This document shows, in pieces, positions 1 through 11,654 of a DNA stretch of 32,000 nucleotides. This stretch comes from Bacillus subtilis subsp. subtilis str. 168 (GTDB taxonomy: Bacteria; Bacillota; Bacilli; Bacillales; Bacillaceae). The notes under the pieces are model-generated. The model saw only the letters and a list, made by a program, of their open reading frames with translations. It did not search any database and was not told the origin of the DNA. Location: the NCBI RefSeq assembly GCF_000009045.1, contig NC_000964.3, positions 3,480,001 to 3,512,000 of the forward strand, given 5' to 3'. Position 1 is the stretch's first letter, and the number at the start of each line of letters is the position of its first letter. Both the position numbers and the translations under genes were made by a program.

Positions 1-166
1 CTTTCACAGCAGAAGCAAGCTTTTCTAAGAAAAGCGCTGGCGCGCAAACAACAGCTTCAGCTTTGTCTGCTGCTGGAATGGAAGATTTCACTTCTTCAAC
101 GAAGCTGACAGCTTCGCCGAGTGTTTTGTTCATTTTCCAGTTACCGGCGATAATTGGTTTTCTCAT
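1..166 (-). CDS. tpiA: triosephosphate isomerase, N-terminal part (truncated by window edge)
   Basis: Minus strand from the CAT at 164-166 reads [31 protein letters not shown]..., the classic TIM N-terminus (GNWKMN). It lies directly downstream of pgk. Confidence 0.93.
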   Translation of the reverse strand, partial: MRKPIIAGNWKMNKTLGEAVSFVEEVKSSIPAADKAEAVVCAPALFLEKLASAVK

Positions 167-196
167 CTGTTCCACTTCCTTATAGCAGTTTTGAGA

Positions 197-1381
197 TTAT
201 TTATCGTTCAGTGCAGCTACCCCTGGAAGCTCTTTGCCTTCCATAAACTCAAGGGATGCGCCGCCGCCTGTTGAGATGTGGCTCATTTTGTCAGCAAGGC
301 CGAATTTTTCAACCGCTGCCGCAGAGTCTCCTCCGCCGATGACAGAGTATGTATCTTTCGCCTCTGCCAATGCTTCCGCAACCGCTTTTGTTCCTTGAGC
401 GAACAAGTCGATTTCGAATACGCCCATTGGTCCGTTCCACACGACAAGTTTGCTGTTTTTGATGACGTCAGCATACGTTTCGCGTGTTTTCGTACCAATG
501 TCGATTGCTTCTAAATCACTAGGGATTTCAGAGATCGGCACAATTTTCACGTTTGCATCGTTAGAGAAATCATCTGCAACGAGTACATCTTCAGGCATGT
601 AGAAGTTAACGCCTTTTTCTTTAGCGCGGTCCATAAATGATTTCGCAAGCTCGATTTTATCCTCTTCAAGAAGAGATTTCCCGACTTCATAGCCAAGCGC
701 TTTTACGAAAGTATAAGCAAGACCTCCGCCGATGATCAGGTTGTCTACTTTATCAAGAAGACTTTCGATTACACCGATTTTGTCTTTTACTTTCGCTCCG
801 CCGATGATCGCTGTGAACGGGCGGTCAGGATTGGAAACCGCTTTTCCAAGTACATCAAGCTCTTTTTCCATTAAGAAACCTGCAACTGCTGGCAGATGCT
901 CGGCAATTCCAGCTGTAGATGCGTGAGCACGGTGGGCAGCACCGAATGCGTCATTTACATATACATCTGCAAGCTCAGCAAATGCTTTTGCAAGCTCAGG
1001 ATCATTTTTCTCTTCACCAGGATAGAAACGTACGTTTTCCAATACAAGAACGTCTCCGTCCTTCATCTCAGAAATTTGTGCTTTTACAGCATCGCCGTAT
1101 GCTTCATCCGCTTTTTTCACTTCTTTGCCAAGCAGTTCGCCGAGACGTGCAGCGACAGGAGTTAAACGAAGCTCCTCAACCACTTCGCCTTTCGGGCGGC
1201 CTAAGTGGCTCGCAAGAAGGACTTTTGCGCCTTGGTCTGCAAGGTGTTTGATTGTTGGAAGCGCAGCACGGATACGTGTATCGTCTGTTACTTCCCCGTC
1301 TTTCATTGGAACGTTAAAGTCAACGCGGCAGAATACAACTTTGCCTTTTACGTCGATGTCTTTGAGAGTTTTTTTATTCAT
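197..1381 (-). CDS. pgk: phosphoglycerate kinase, 394 aa
   Basis: [44 protein letters not shown]... with all PGK motifs. The start is the ATG at 1381 behind AGGAGG; the track ORF is over-extended to 1540. Confidence 0.97.
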   Translation of the reverse strand: MNKKTLKDIDVKGKVVFCRVDFNVPMKDGEVTDDTRIRAALPTIKHLADQGAKVLLASHLGRPKGEVVEELRLTPVAARLGELLGKEVKKADEAYGDAVKAQISEMKDGDVLVLENVRFYPGEEKNDPELAKAFAELADVYVNDAFGAAHRAHASTAGIAEHLPAVAGFLMEKELDVLGKAVSNPDRPFTAIIGGAKVKDKIGVIESLLDKVDNLIIGGGLAYTFVKALGYEVGKSLLEEDKIELAKSFMDRAKEKGVNFYMPEDVLVADDFSNDANVKIVPISEIPSDLEAIDIGTKTRETYADVIKNSKLVVWNGPMGVFEIDLFAQGTKAVAEALAEAKDTYSVIGGGDSAAAVEKFGLADKMSHISTGGGASLEFMEGKELPGVAALNDK

Positions 1382-1600
1382 GCCTAGGAGATCCTCCTTC
1401 AAAATGGTTTGCATACAGCACGAAAAACGTGAAACCGTCTGTTCAAGCGATAACTCCGCTAGGGCAGATCGCAGTCTTTTTCGGCACAGGGCAGTTCGTC
1501 TAAAAGCCAGGGCAGCGGCCTTAGGCGAAAGCGCCGGCAAAGCTGCTTAAAACGCGGTCGTTTCTCTATCACAGAGCGTTTTCTGAAAGCCGGTCTTCAT

Positions 1601-1634
1601 GGAAAAAGGGAAAGGGAGTCCGTCCCCTTCCCTT
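1601..1634 (-). terminator. intrinsic terminator between gapA and pgk
   Basis: Minus strand AAGGGAAGGGGA-CGGAC-TCCCTTTCCCTT followed by T-rich sequence (12-bp stem with one G-T). Confidence 0.8.
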
Positions 1635-1697
1635 GTCCGCTTTCATTATAGCGCTTCTATTCGAAAGAACCAAGTCAGGTCCTTTTTCAGCTATAAA

Positions 1698-2738
<1,041 letters not shown>

Positions 2739-2746
2739 TTATATTG

Positions 2747-2763
2747 AGGGATTATTCATCCCT
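2747..2763 (-). promoter_or_regulatory. stem-loop at the cggR/gapA junction, candidate mRNA processing/stabilising hairpin
   Basis: AGGGAT-GAATA-ATCCCT on the minus strand, overlapping the cggR stop codon. cggR-gapA mRNA in B. subtilis is known to be endonucleolytically processed near the 3' end of cggR. Confidence 0.6.
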
Positions 2764-3774
2764 TAATAACTTCTTTGCGGCTCCTTCGTCTGTGACGAGA
2801 ACCGTGTTGCGTGGCTTTTTAAAGTAAGCCTCGATCGCTTCGGCTTTTGATGATCCGCCCGCTACCGCAATAATATCGGGGATGGCGTCTATGTCATCCA
2901 GCTGCATTCCGACAGAATGCACTTTGTGAACCACTTCGCCGTCCGCGTTAAAATAGTAGCCGAACGCTTCCGTCACCGCGTCGTTATCATCTATTTTCTT
3001 TAAATCTTCTAAAGGCGTGTTTCTGCGCTGAGCCATAGTTTTAGCTTCGCCGATTCCGTGAACCAGCATACTCGCTGATTTAATGGTGTTCAGCACCTCT
3101 TTGACAGAAGGCTCTTCAATAATAGATGAATAGGCGCCTTGTGACAGCTGTCCCGGAACAAACAAAAGCCGGTAAGTGCCTGAAGCCTTCTCCGCCATAT
3201 GCGCGCATATGGTGTTCGCCTGGTTTTTCACGTCTTCGCCTAAACCGCCTCTTGCAGGCACAAACAAAAGCTCGCGGTTTTTAGAATCCGGCGTCATCAT
3301 TTCGGCGACAGCTTCAATTGTCGTACCGCCAGTTACAGCGACGATATTTTTGCCTGAAAATCTTTTTTTCATACATGCGACAGCCGCTCTTCCCATTTCT
3401 TTTTTGACCCATGGGGATTGATCGCTGTCTCCGGATACGATAATGGCATCCTTTAGATTTAAACGTTCTTTTAATGTCTTTTCCAAAAGAGTCAAACCTA
3501 AAACATCTTTCATCGTATCTTCCAAAACAGAAAGCAGTTCATAGCCCTCTTCTGTCAATGTCATGCCGTTTGTCTTAATATCGACCAGGTTCTGTTCCTT
3601 TAAAAACTGAACCTCGCCCCTCAGCACACGCTCGCTGATTCCGAGACTGGCAGACAGGCTTCTTCGCCCGATGGGTTCTGTCAGCCTGATATACTGCAAG
3701 ATTTCAAACCTCTTTTGCATAACGAGCAGAAGATCAGGCAATAATTTTTTTTGAGCTTGTATTAACTGGTTCAT
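2752..3774 (-). CDS. cggR: central glycolytic genes regulator (SorC/DeoR-type repressor), 340 aa
   Basis: N-terminal HTH (RRSLSASLGISERVLRGEVQFLKEQNLV) and C-terminal sugar-phosphate-binding domain; located immediately upstream of gapA. Confidence 0.96.
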   Translation of the reverse strand: MNQLIQAQKKLLPDLLLVMQKRFEILQYIRLTEPIGRRSLSASLGISERVLRGEVQFLKEQNLVDIKTNGMTLTEEGYELLSVLEDTMKDVLGLTLLEKTLKERLNLKDAIIVSGDSDQSPWVKKEMGRAAVACMKKRFSGKNIVAVTGGTTIEAVAEMMTPDSKNRELLFVPARGGLGEDVKNQANTICAHMAEKASGTYRLLFVPGQLSQGAYSSIIEEPSVKEVLNTIKSASMLVHGIGEAKTMAQRRNTPLEDLKKIDDNDAVTEAFGYYFNADGEVVHKVHSVGMQLDDIDAIPDIIAVAGGSSKAEAIEAYFKKPRNTVLVTDEGAAKKLLRDE

Positions 3775-3810
3775 GACTCAAACGTTCCTTCCTTTTTTGC
3801 TGGACATTAT

Positions 3811-3836
3811 ATGTCCCGCTATGACAAAAAACGTCC
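3811..3836 (-). promoter_or_regulatory. CggR operator
   Basis: Minus strand CGGGAC-GTTTTT-TGTC-ATAG-CGGGAC exactly fits CGGGACN6TGTCN4CGGGAC. Confidence 0.9.
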
Positions 3837-3875
3837 CGTCATAGCCAAAAAAAATCATTTCTGCTTTCTTTAATT

Positions 3876-3904
3876 ATTTTAACAGGGTGGAATTGTTTAT
3901 TCAA
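3876..3904 (-). promoter_or_regulatory. sigma-A promoter of cggR-gapA operon
   Basis: Minus strand TTGAAT-N17-TAAAAT, upstream of the CggR operator. Confidence 0.75.
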
Positions 3905-4028
3905 CTGTTAAGAGCCAATTCATCGACAATATTCGCAGAGTTTTCATGCCGCGTCGTTTTATCCAGCAATATTTTATCCTATATATCTTTATCTTATACA
4001 GAAAGCGCCAAATGGTGCATCCCAATAT

Positions 4029-4058
4029 AAACAGCCCTTCCCGTAGAAAGGGCTGTTT
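4029..4058 (-). terminator. terminator downstream of araE
   Basis: AAACAGCCCTT / AAGGGCTGTTT, 11-bp perfect inverted repeat just 3' of the araE stop. The following U-tract is short. Confidence 0.7.
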
Positions 4059-4071
4059 CATTAAAGCGTTT

Positions 4072-5466
4072 TCATTTTATCCAAAGCTTTTCAATTTCCT
4101 CGAGCGATTTGTTCTTCGTTTCTGGACAGATCGTAACGACAAACAGGAAACAAAGGATGTTAATCACCGCAAAGATCCAAAATGTATAGGCGAGCCCGAA
4201 AGAATCGATCATCATTGGCACAAACTGTCCGATCGCCCAGTTTGCTCCCCATAAAAAGATGGTCGCAATGCCCGCGGCCCGCGCACGCAGATGGTTCGGG
4301 AAGATTTCAGAAATCATAATCCATGTGATCGGTCCGACCGAGACACAGAAAGCAGCGACAAAACCTAATATAAGGACGATCATCATGATCCCGCTTGTTA
4401 ACTCAAAATAAAACGACGTCCCGATTAAAATCATAAAAATAGCCATAAAAGCAGAACCGATGGACATCAGTTTTTTTCGTCCGACTTTATCAATCAGCAA
4501 CACCGCAATAACGGTAAAAATAACTTCTACAACCCCGACGATACAAGTCGTCACAAATCCGGCGTTTTGCCCGAATCCCATCATTTTAAAGATTTCCGGC
4601 CCGTAGTAAGTAATCGCGTTCATGCCGATGACTTGGTTAAACAGCGCCAGCAGGATTCCAATGACAAGCGCCTTTCTGAGACCCGGCTTAAACAGCTGGG
4701 AGAGCGACCCCATTTGTTCTATTTTTAAAGAGTTCTCAATGTTCTTTAATTCTTCTTTTGCAACAGTTTCTCCATTAATACGTGTCAGGATCTTTAAAGC
4801 TTCATTTGTTTTGCCCGCTTTCGCCAGCCATCTCGGACTTTCCGGGACGACGAGCAGGACAAGGAAAAAAATGACGGATGGCACCATTCCATAAGCAAGC
4901 ATCCATCTCCAGCCGGTGTGCACGCCCCATTCGTATGTTCCGGACCGCTGCACAGCTAGATTAATAAAGTATGTTGCGGAAATACCCAGTATCGTAAAGA
5001 GCTGATATAACGAAGATAAACTTCCGCGTATAGCGGGCGGTGCCGCTTCTGTAATATACGTAACAGAGAGCGATGAGCCCATCCCGATTCCCAGCCCCCC
5101 GATAATCCTTGCAATGATTAAGGTGGACACGTCTTGAGAAAGCGCTGAAACGATTGCTGATATCGCAAATAACAAAGCGGCTGTCATTAAAATTTTTCTC
5201 CGGCCGAATCTGTCACTTAAAAATCCGGATATCCCGACGCCCACAACTCCTCCAATCATAATGCTTGAAATGACAAGTCCCTCCATAAACGGACTCAGGC
5301 TGTATAAATCTTTCAGAAAACCGATGGCGCCAGAAATCACTGCCGTGTCATAGCCATACAATAAGCCGCCAAGCCCCGCCGCACATGAGATCAAAATGAC
5401 AAATCCCATTGAATGGCTTCTTGTTACAGGAACATTTGGTTCTAATTGAGTTGGAGTATTCTTCAT
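4072..5466 (-). CDS. araE: arabinose:proton symporter (major facilitator sugar transporter), 464 aa
   Basis: LLYGYDTAVISGAIGFL, GRRKILM, PESPRWLAKAGK, PETKNKSLEEIE sugar-porter motifs; divergent from araR. Confidence 0.95.
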   Translation of the reverse strand: MKNTPTQLEPNVPVTRSHSMGFVILISCAAGLGGLLYGYDTAVISGAIGFLKDLYSLSPFMEGLVISSIMIGGVVGVGISGFLSDRFGRRKILMTAALLFAISAIVSALSQDVSTLIIARIIGGLGIGMGSSLSVTYITEAAPPAIRGSLSSLYQLFTILGISATYFINLAVQRSGTYEWGVHTGWRWMLAYGMVPSVIFFLVLLVVPESPRWLAKAGKTNEALKILTRINGETVAKEELKNIENSLKIEQMGSLSQLFKPGLRKALVIGILLALFNQVIGMNAITYYGPEIFKMMGFGQNAGFVTTCIVGVVEVIFTVIAVLLIDKVGRKKLMSIGSAFMAIFMILIGTSFYFELTSGIMMIVLILGFVAAFCVSVGPITWIMISEIFPNHLRARAAGIATIFLWGANWAIGQFVPMMIDSFGLAYTFWIFAVINILCFLFVVTICPETKNKSLEEIEKLWIK

Positions 5467-5490
5467 TTCCCTGCCCTCCCGAATGTTGAG

Positions 5491-5506
5491 TAAAGCGTTT
5501 TCATTT
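5491..5506 (-). promoter_or_regulatory. cre-like (CcpA) site upstream of araE
   Basis: TAAAGCGTTTTCATTT (minus AAATGAAAACGCTTTA), close to the CcpA consensus, between the araE start and its operators. Confidence 0.6.
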
Positions 5507-5514
5507 AAACCTTC

Positions 5515-5573
5515 AATTGTACGTACTTATATTAAAATTTAACGAAAATTACATTTAATTAGTACGTACAAAT
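5515..5573. promoter_or_regulatory. two AraR operators in the araE promoter region
   Basis: Two GTACGTAC palindrome cores (5519-5526 and 5562-5569) in AT-rich flanks (ATTGTACGTACTTAT, AGTACGTACAAATAT). Centres are 43 bp apart, about four helical turns. Confidence 0.85.
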
Positions 5574-5582
5574 ATAGAATAA

Positions 5583-6758
<1,176 letters not shown>

Positions 6759-6797
6759 AAAAAGCAATGTATGGGTCTCCCCGCTACATTGCTTTTT
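6759..6797. terminator. bidirectional terminator between convergent araR and yvbT
   Basis: AAAAAGCAATGTA ... TACATTGCTTTTT inverted repeat. Confidence 0.85.
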
Positions 6798-6806
6798 TTA
6801 TAGCTG

Positions 6807-7817
6807 TTATCTGTTTTTCCAAACGTCAGCGATGATTTCAAACGAACGCATTCTGTCTGCGTGTTCAAAGGTTTCTGAGTTAACCATAATTTCGTCAGCC
6901 TGTGTCGTTTTGACGAAATCTTCAAGCTTCGCCTTCACTTCTTCCGGACCTCCGACAATCGTGGAGCTCAGCTGCTCATTGACCATCGCTTTTTCATACG
7001 GGCTCCAGATTTGGTCCATATCCTCAACAGGCGGTTTAAGCTGGTTAGGCGTACCGCGGACAAGATCAAGAAACCTTTGATAATGGGAAGTCGCAAGGTG
7101 CTGCGCTTTCTCGTTTGTATCTGCCGCGATAATGGTGACACCGACCATCGCATACGGTTCGTCGAGCACGTCTGACGGCGTGAAGGAATTGCGGTACAGC
7201 TCCAAAGCGGGAACCGTATTCGCCGGTGAGAAATGGGCCGCGAACGCAAACGGAAGACCAAGTTCGCCAGCCAGACGGGCGCTGAAGCCGCTTGAGCCCA
7301 GCAGCCAAATCGGCACATCTATGCCCTCTCCGGGAATGGCGCGAACTTGATTGCGCACATTTCCTGACGGTTTAAAATAATTGCGCAGTTCCTCTAATTG
7401 TTCTGGAAAATCCTCCCCGCTGTTGATGTTTCTGCGGAGCGCTCTGGCTGTCAATTGGTCTGTTCCCGGCGCACGTCCAAGCCCCAGATCAATCCGCCCG
7501 GGATACAGTGTTTCCAGTGTGCCGAATTGTTCAGCAATGACTAATGAAGAGTGGTTGGGGAGCATAATGCCGCCGGAACCGACGCGGATTTTCTTCGTGC
7601 CTCCGGCAATATGGCCAATCAAAACTGCGGTGGCAGAGCTTGCAACACCTTCTATATTATGATGTTCAGCAAGCCAGTAACGGTGATAGCCCCATTCCTC
7701 TGCCCGGCGCGCCAAGTCCATGCTGTTTCGGAATGATTCTGCAATCGTTCCTCCCTGAACAACCGGAGATAAATTCAAGACAGAAAGCAAGGTATCTTTG
7801 CGTTGGTTGTTAGACAT
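6807..7817 (-). CDS. yvbT: luciferase-like flavin monooxygenase (LLM family), 336 aa
   Basis: [42 protein letters not shown]...[14 protein letters not shown], typical bacterial luciferase-like family; synteny. Confidence 0.88.
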   Translation of the reverse strand: MSNNQRKDTLLSVLNLSPVVQGGTIAESFRNSMDLARRAEEWGYHRYWLAEHHNIEGVASSATAVLIGHIAGGTKKIRVGSGGIMLPNHSSLVIAEQFGTLETLYPGRIDLGLGRAPGTDQLTARALRRNINSGEDFPEQLEELRNYFKPSGNVRNQVRAIPGEGIDVPIWLLGSSGFSARLAGELGLPFAFAAHFSPANTVPALELYRNSFTPSDVLDEPYAMVGVTIIAADTNEKAQHLATSHYQRFLDLVRGTPNQLKPPVEDMDQIWSPYEKAMVNEQLSSTIVGGPEEVKAKLEDFVKTTQADEIMVNSETFEHADRMRSFEIIADVWKNR

Positions 7818-7973
7818 ATTGTTCTCCTTTGCAAATGTGTTATCAGTAAACAGCCCAAAGCTGTCAGGTCATGATTGAAAGAACTTCTATCACACCATAA
7901 CACAACTGCATTCAGGAATAAAAGAATTTGATTCGATGAAATTCGAACAATATAAAACGAACGGTTTGGAACA

Positions 7974-8852
7974 TTATTCTGCTCCAAACAACTCCTTAGC
8001 CATCTCAATAAAGAGCTTAGCCGCCAGAGAAGCCTCCTTTAGCGACGGAACAGCAAGCTGCACATCACGGTATACCTGCGGGTCCAATTCCCTGGTCACC
8101 ACATGCTCTGGCAGCGGCATCCCCGACATGGACATTTCTGATAAAATGGCCAGGCCCAGGCCTTCTCTGATCATACTGATCGAGGTGTTGATGTTATAGA
8201 CCGTGAAAGCTGGGTGCAGCGTAGCACCCGCCTGCCTGAACATATCGATAAATGGTGATTCATAGCCGCCGTCACAGACGATCATCGGTTCATGGTCAAG
8301 ATCTTTCAGCGTAATGGCTGAATGACTGGCAAGCGGGTGATCGTCCCTGAGCACGACAGCCATTTTGTCTTTTTTCAAATGAATGTACTCCATCTCCTCT
8401 GTTGGATACAGAAGAATCCCAACATCTATCATCCGCGTATGAAGCCACTCCTTGACTTCATTTACAGTTCCCTCGTGCAGCACGAGCTCAAGTTTCGGAT
8501 ATTTTTGTTTAAATTCACTGATCAGCTTCGGCATAAAATAAGCCGAGGCAGTTGAGAATGTGCCGATATGGATCGTTCCCAGTTCAAGCCCTTTTTCCGC
8601 TGCTGCTACCTGCTCAACTTTTTCAATGCCTTTTAAGACTTCTCTGATGTGTACTAAGATCTGTTTTCCCGTATCCGTCAGCATCAGGCCATTGCGGCGG
8701 TCACGAATGATCAGCTTTACATCAAGCTCAGCTTCGATCGCAGAAATCGCATGGCTGACAGCCGGCTGTGTCATGTTCAGCGCCTGACCCGCTTTTGTAA
8801 AGCTTCCCGTTTCAGCTATTTTCACAAAAACCTTTAATTGAGTAATGGTCAT
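7974..8852 (-). CDS. yvbU: LysR-family transcriptional regulator, 292 aa
   Basis: MTITQLKVFVKIAETGSFTKAGQALNMTQPAVSHAISAIEAELDVKLIIRD LysR HTH; synteny. Confidence 0.9.
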   Translation of the reverse strand: MTITQLKVFVKIAETGSFTKAGQALNMTQPAVSHAISAIEAELDVKLIIRDRRNGLMLTDTGKQILVHIREVLKGIEKVEQVAAAEKGLELGTIHIGTFSTASAYFMPKLISEFKQKYPKLELVLHEGTVNEVKEWLHTRMIDVGILLYPTEEMEYIHLKKDKMAVVLRDDHPLASHSAITLKDLDHEPMIVCDGGYESPFIDMFRQAGATLHPAFTVYNINTSISMIREGLGLAILSEMSMSGMPLPEHVVTRELDPQVYRDVQLAVPSLKEASLAAKLFIEMAKELFGAE

Positions 8853-8951
8853 AACAATTTACTTATGCTCCTTATAAAAAAGATTCATTTTATTTATCTT
8901 ATGTTCTACCGTATCATATGATGGAAAAGTTCTACAAGGAGTGAATGAACA

Positions 8952-9869
8952 ATGAAGCAGCTCCCAAAAACGCGGACAGCTCTCCTGCTCGCATTTCTCG
9001 TCATCATGTGGGGCGTCAATTGGCCGCTGTCCAAAGCCGCGCTCGCCTATTCTCCGCCATTATTGTTCGCGGGCATCCGAACGCTGATCGGCGGGCTTTT
9101 ATTAGTCATAGTCGCACTGCCGCGTATTCATAAATTACGCTTAAAAGAAACGTGGCCGATTTATCTTGTTTCTGCTCTTTTAAATATTACATTATTCTAC
9201 GGCCTGCAAACGATCGGGCTGAATTATCTTCCGGCCGGCCTGTTTTCTGCAATCGTCTTCTTCCAGCCTGTTCTGATGGGTGTATTTTCTTGGCTGTGGC
9301 TCGGCGAATCCATGTTTGTAATGAAAGTGATTGGCCTCATCCTCGGTTTTGCGGGAGTAGCCGTCATTAGTGCTGCGGGCTTTGGCGGGCATATTTCTGT
9401 CATTGGGGTTCTGCTGGCTCTCGGCTCCGCAGTCAGCTGGGCGCTCGGGACAGTATATATGAAAAAAACAGGCAGCCGCGTCGATTCCATCTGGATGGTC
9501 GCTCTGCAGCTGACGATCGGAAGCGTGTTTCTGCTTATCTCCGGCTTTTGGACAGAAAGCTTTTCGGCGATCCAATGGACAGCTCCGTTTATTACGAGCC
9601 TGCTGTTCATCTCCGTATTCGTTATCGCACTCGGCTGGCTTGTCTTTTTTACGCTTGTCGGTTCAGGAGAAGCAAGCAAGGTCGCATCTTATACTTTTTT
9701 GATTCCGCTCATATCAATCGTGGCCAGCTCCATTTTCCTGCATGAACCGCTCACCCTTAGCCTCTTGGCAGGGCTGCTGCTGATTGTCACGAGCATCTGT
9801 CTCGTGAATACAAAATCAAAAGCGCAGAAAGCTGCGGCGATTGGTATAAACGAGAAAGCTGCACAATAA
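8952..9869 (+). CDS. yvbV: EamA/DMT-superfamily transporter, 305 aa
   Basis: Ten-TM duplicated EamA fold (MWGVNWPLSKAALAYSPPLLFAGIRTLIGG...); RBS AAGGAG; synteny. Confidence 0.9.
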   Translation: MKQLPKTRTALLLAFLVIMWGVNWPLSKAALAYSPPLLFAGIRTLIGGLLLVIVALPRIHKLRLKETWPIYLVSALLNITLFYGLQTIGLNYLPAGLFSAIVFFQPVLMGVFSWLWLGESMFVMKVIGLILGFAGVAVISAAGFGGHISVIGVLLALGSAVSWALGTVYMKKTGSRVDSIWMVALQLTIGSVFLLISGFWTESFSAIQWTAPFITSLLFISVFVIALGWLVFFTLVGSGEASKVASYTFLIPLISIVASSIFLHEPLTLSLLAGLLLIVTSICLVNTKSKAQKAAAIGINEKAAQ

Positions 9870-9872
9870 TAA

Positions 9873-9904
9873 AAACCCTCTTGCCGGATGCGGCAAGAGG
9901 GTTT
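9873..9904. terminator. bidirectional terminator between convergent yvbV and yvbW
   Basis: AAACCCTCTTGCC-GGATGC-GGCAAGAGGGTTT: 13-bp perfect stem. Confidence 0.9.
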
Positions 9905-9909
9905 CTTAT

Positions 9910-11253
9910 TTACTGATGCTTGCGTCCTTTGACCAAATATGCAACTGTAATCAAAAGGTAGATCGCCGCAGTAATGCCGGTAATGACAATTGATGTTGTC
10001 ATGATGACCCCGATCAGAATGGCGAGTAATGCCACAATCGCAAACCATGTCGTGTACGGGAACCATTTTACATAATAGGCCGGTGTTTCCGTTTGCTGTT
10101 TTCTCGATTTTAAATGAGCGAATCCGATGATCAGCCAAATGAATAAAACGGTATATCCCAATGATCCCATTAAATAATTAAATGTTTGGCTTCCTGCGAA
10201 CAGAGAAATCAATACGCCAATATAGAGAGAAGAAGTGCACATCAGAATCGCAAACATCGGTACGTTTTTCGATGAAAGCTTCGAGAAGACCTTTGGAAGC
10301 CTTCCGTCACTTGCCTGTGTATACAAAATGCGTGATGATCCGTATAAACCTGAATTCATAGAAGAAATGATCGCCAGCAGGATGACTGCATTCATGATAT
10401 GATCCGCGCCCGGAATGCCTACCATTTTAAAGACCATCACGAAAGGACTTTCCGGAACGGAATTGACTTGGTTCCATGGAATCAGGCTGACGATGATGAA
10501 AAACGGCAGCAGGTAAAACGCGACAATCCGTGTCAGTGTGCTGCGGACAGCTTTCGGGACAACCTTTTCCGGATTTTTTGTCTCTGCAAGCGTTACACCG
10601 ATAATTTCTGTACCGCCGTAAGAGTAGATGACGACAAGCATCGCCGTGATCAGCCCTGTGCCGCCGTGCGGGAAAAATCCGCCGTGGTCTGTCAGGTTGG
10701 AAAATCCGGATGCTGTATGATCACCGAATGATACAAATAAGAGCAGCAATCCCAGAATAATAAAGATAATAATAACGGTAATCTTGATCATTGCCAGCCA
10801 ATATTCAGTTTCGGCGAAGATTTTAACAGAAAGCAAGTTTACAATCGTGACGATAAGAGAAATTCCTAATGCCAACACCCAGATCGGGCAGCCCGGCAGC
10901 CAATATTGAATGAAAATCGCAGCTACAACAGCTTCAGCCGCAATGTTAAGCACCCACATTTTCCAGTAGATCCAGTCCAAAAAGTAAGCAGCGTAATTTC
11001 CCAATACCTGCTGGACAAGATCACGGAAGGTTCTGGCGTTACGGTTTCGAACAGCCATTTCCGCCAGCCCCTGCATAATAAACAGCAAAATAATCCCGCC
11101 GAGCAGGTATGCGATAATGACAGATGGCCCTGCCACATCGATCGCTGAGCTGCTCCCCTTAAATAAACCTGCGCCGATTGCTCCGCCCAGCGCCATCATC
11201 ATAATATGGCGGGACGTCATCGTGCGTTTTAACGTTTGATTGTCGTTTTTCAT
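9910..11253 (-). CDS. yvbW: amino acid permease (APC superfamily), 447 aa; probable leucine uptake by T-box context
   Basis: MMALGGAIGAGLFKGSSSAIDVAGPSVIIAYLLGG...GTEIIGVTLAETKNPEKVVPKAV APC permease motifs; preceded by a T-box leader. Confidence 0.93.
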   Translation of the reverse strand: MKNDNQTLKRTMTSRHIMMMALGGAIGAGLFKGSSSAIDVAGPSVIIAYLLGGIILLFIMQGLAEMAVRNRNARTFRDLVQQVLGNYAAYFLDWIYWKMWVLNIAAEAVVAAIFIQYWLPGCPIWVLALGISLIVTIVNLLSVKIFAETEYWLAMIKITVIIIFIILGLLLLFVSFGDHTASGFSNLTDHGGFFPHGGTGLITAMLVVIYSYGGTEIIGVTLAETKNPEKVVPKAVRSTLTRIVAFYLLPFFIIVSLIPWNQVNSVPESPFVMVFKMVGIPGADHIMNAVILLAIISSMNSGLYGSSRILYTQASDGRLPKVFSKLSSKNVPMFAILMCTSSLYIGVLISLFAGSQTFNYLMGSLGYTVLFIWLIIGFAHLKSRKQQTETPAYYVKWFPYTTWFAIVALLAILIGVIMTTSIVITGITAAIYLLITVAYLVKGRKHQ

Positions 11254-11290
11254 CCTCTTCTACCTCTCCTTCTCGTTTTCAAAAACAAAA

Positions 11291-11555
11291 AAGCCCGCCG
11301 TCTCCTACCTAATCTAATAGATAAAGAGACGACGAGCCTTCGGCTGACCGCGGTACCACTCTTGTTGATTCTTCATGAAGAATCCTGCTTTTGACCTGTA
11401 ACGAAGGTTAGCCGTTAAAACATAGGGAATATTCAATCTATTCCGTTCCGTCTTACCACTCCCGGGCGAGTTCAAAGAAGAATCAGGCTGCGTCGCACCA
11501 CCCCGCAGCTCTCTGTTCTGATCACTTTCTTTTACTGCTCCCAATCTATGTGTTT
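11291..11555 (-). ncRNA. T-box leader (tRNA-sensing riboswitch) of yvbW, probable Leu specifier CTC
   Basis: Minus strand has the T-box AAGAGTGGTACCGCGGT, upstream stem I elements (GGGGTGGTGCGACGC... TTTGAACTCGCCCGGGAG) and a terminator GCTCGTCGTCTC...GAGACGGCGGGCTTTTTT. Candidate specifier CTC at 11468-11470. The 5' boundary is approximate. Confidence 0.93.
11293..11338 (-). terminator. T-box attenuator/terminator
   Basis: GCTCGTCGTCTC / GAGACGGCGGGC stem followed by TTTTTTG on the minus strand. Confidence 0.85.
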
Positions 11556-11654
11556 TAGTTTTCTGAAAAACTCAAATTTTATGATCTGAATATATTAACA
11601 TAATATACGTGCTTCTCTTTTAACTGTCAATAACTTCAGAGAAAAAAGAAACTG

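Noticed and set aside
1382-1540. Upstream extension of pgk to 447 aa
   Set aside because: The extension precedes the AGGAGG/ATG at 1381, and canonical PGK starts at [14 protein letters not shown].
3946-4254. 102-aa plus-strand ORF downstream of araE
   Set aside because: It spans the araE terminator and the antisense of the araE 3' end. No RBS or recognisable protein family.
11314-11544. 76-aa minus-strand ORF in the track
   Set aside because: It lies entirely in the yvbW T-box leader. The sequence is explained by conserved RNA structure.
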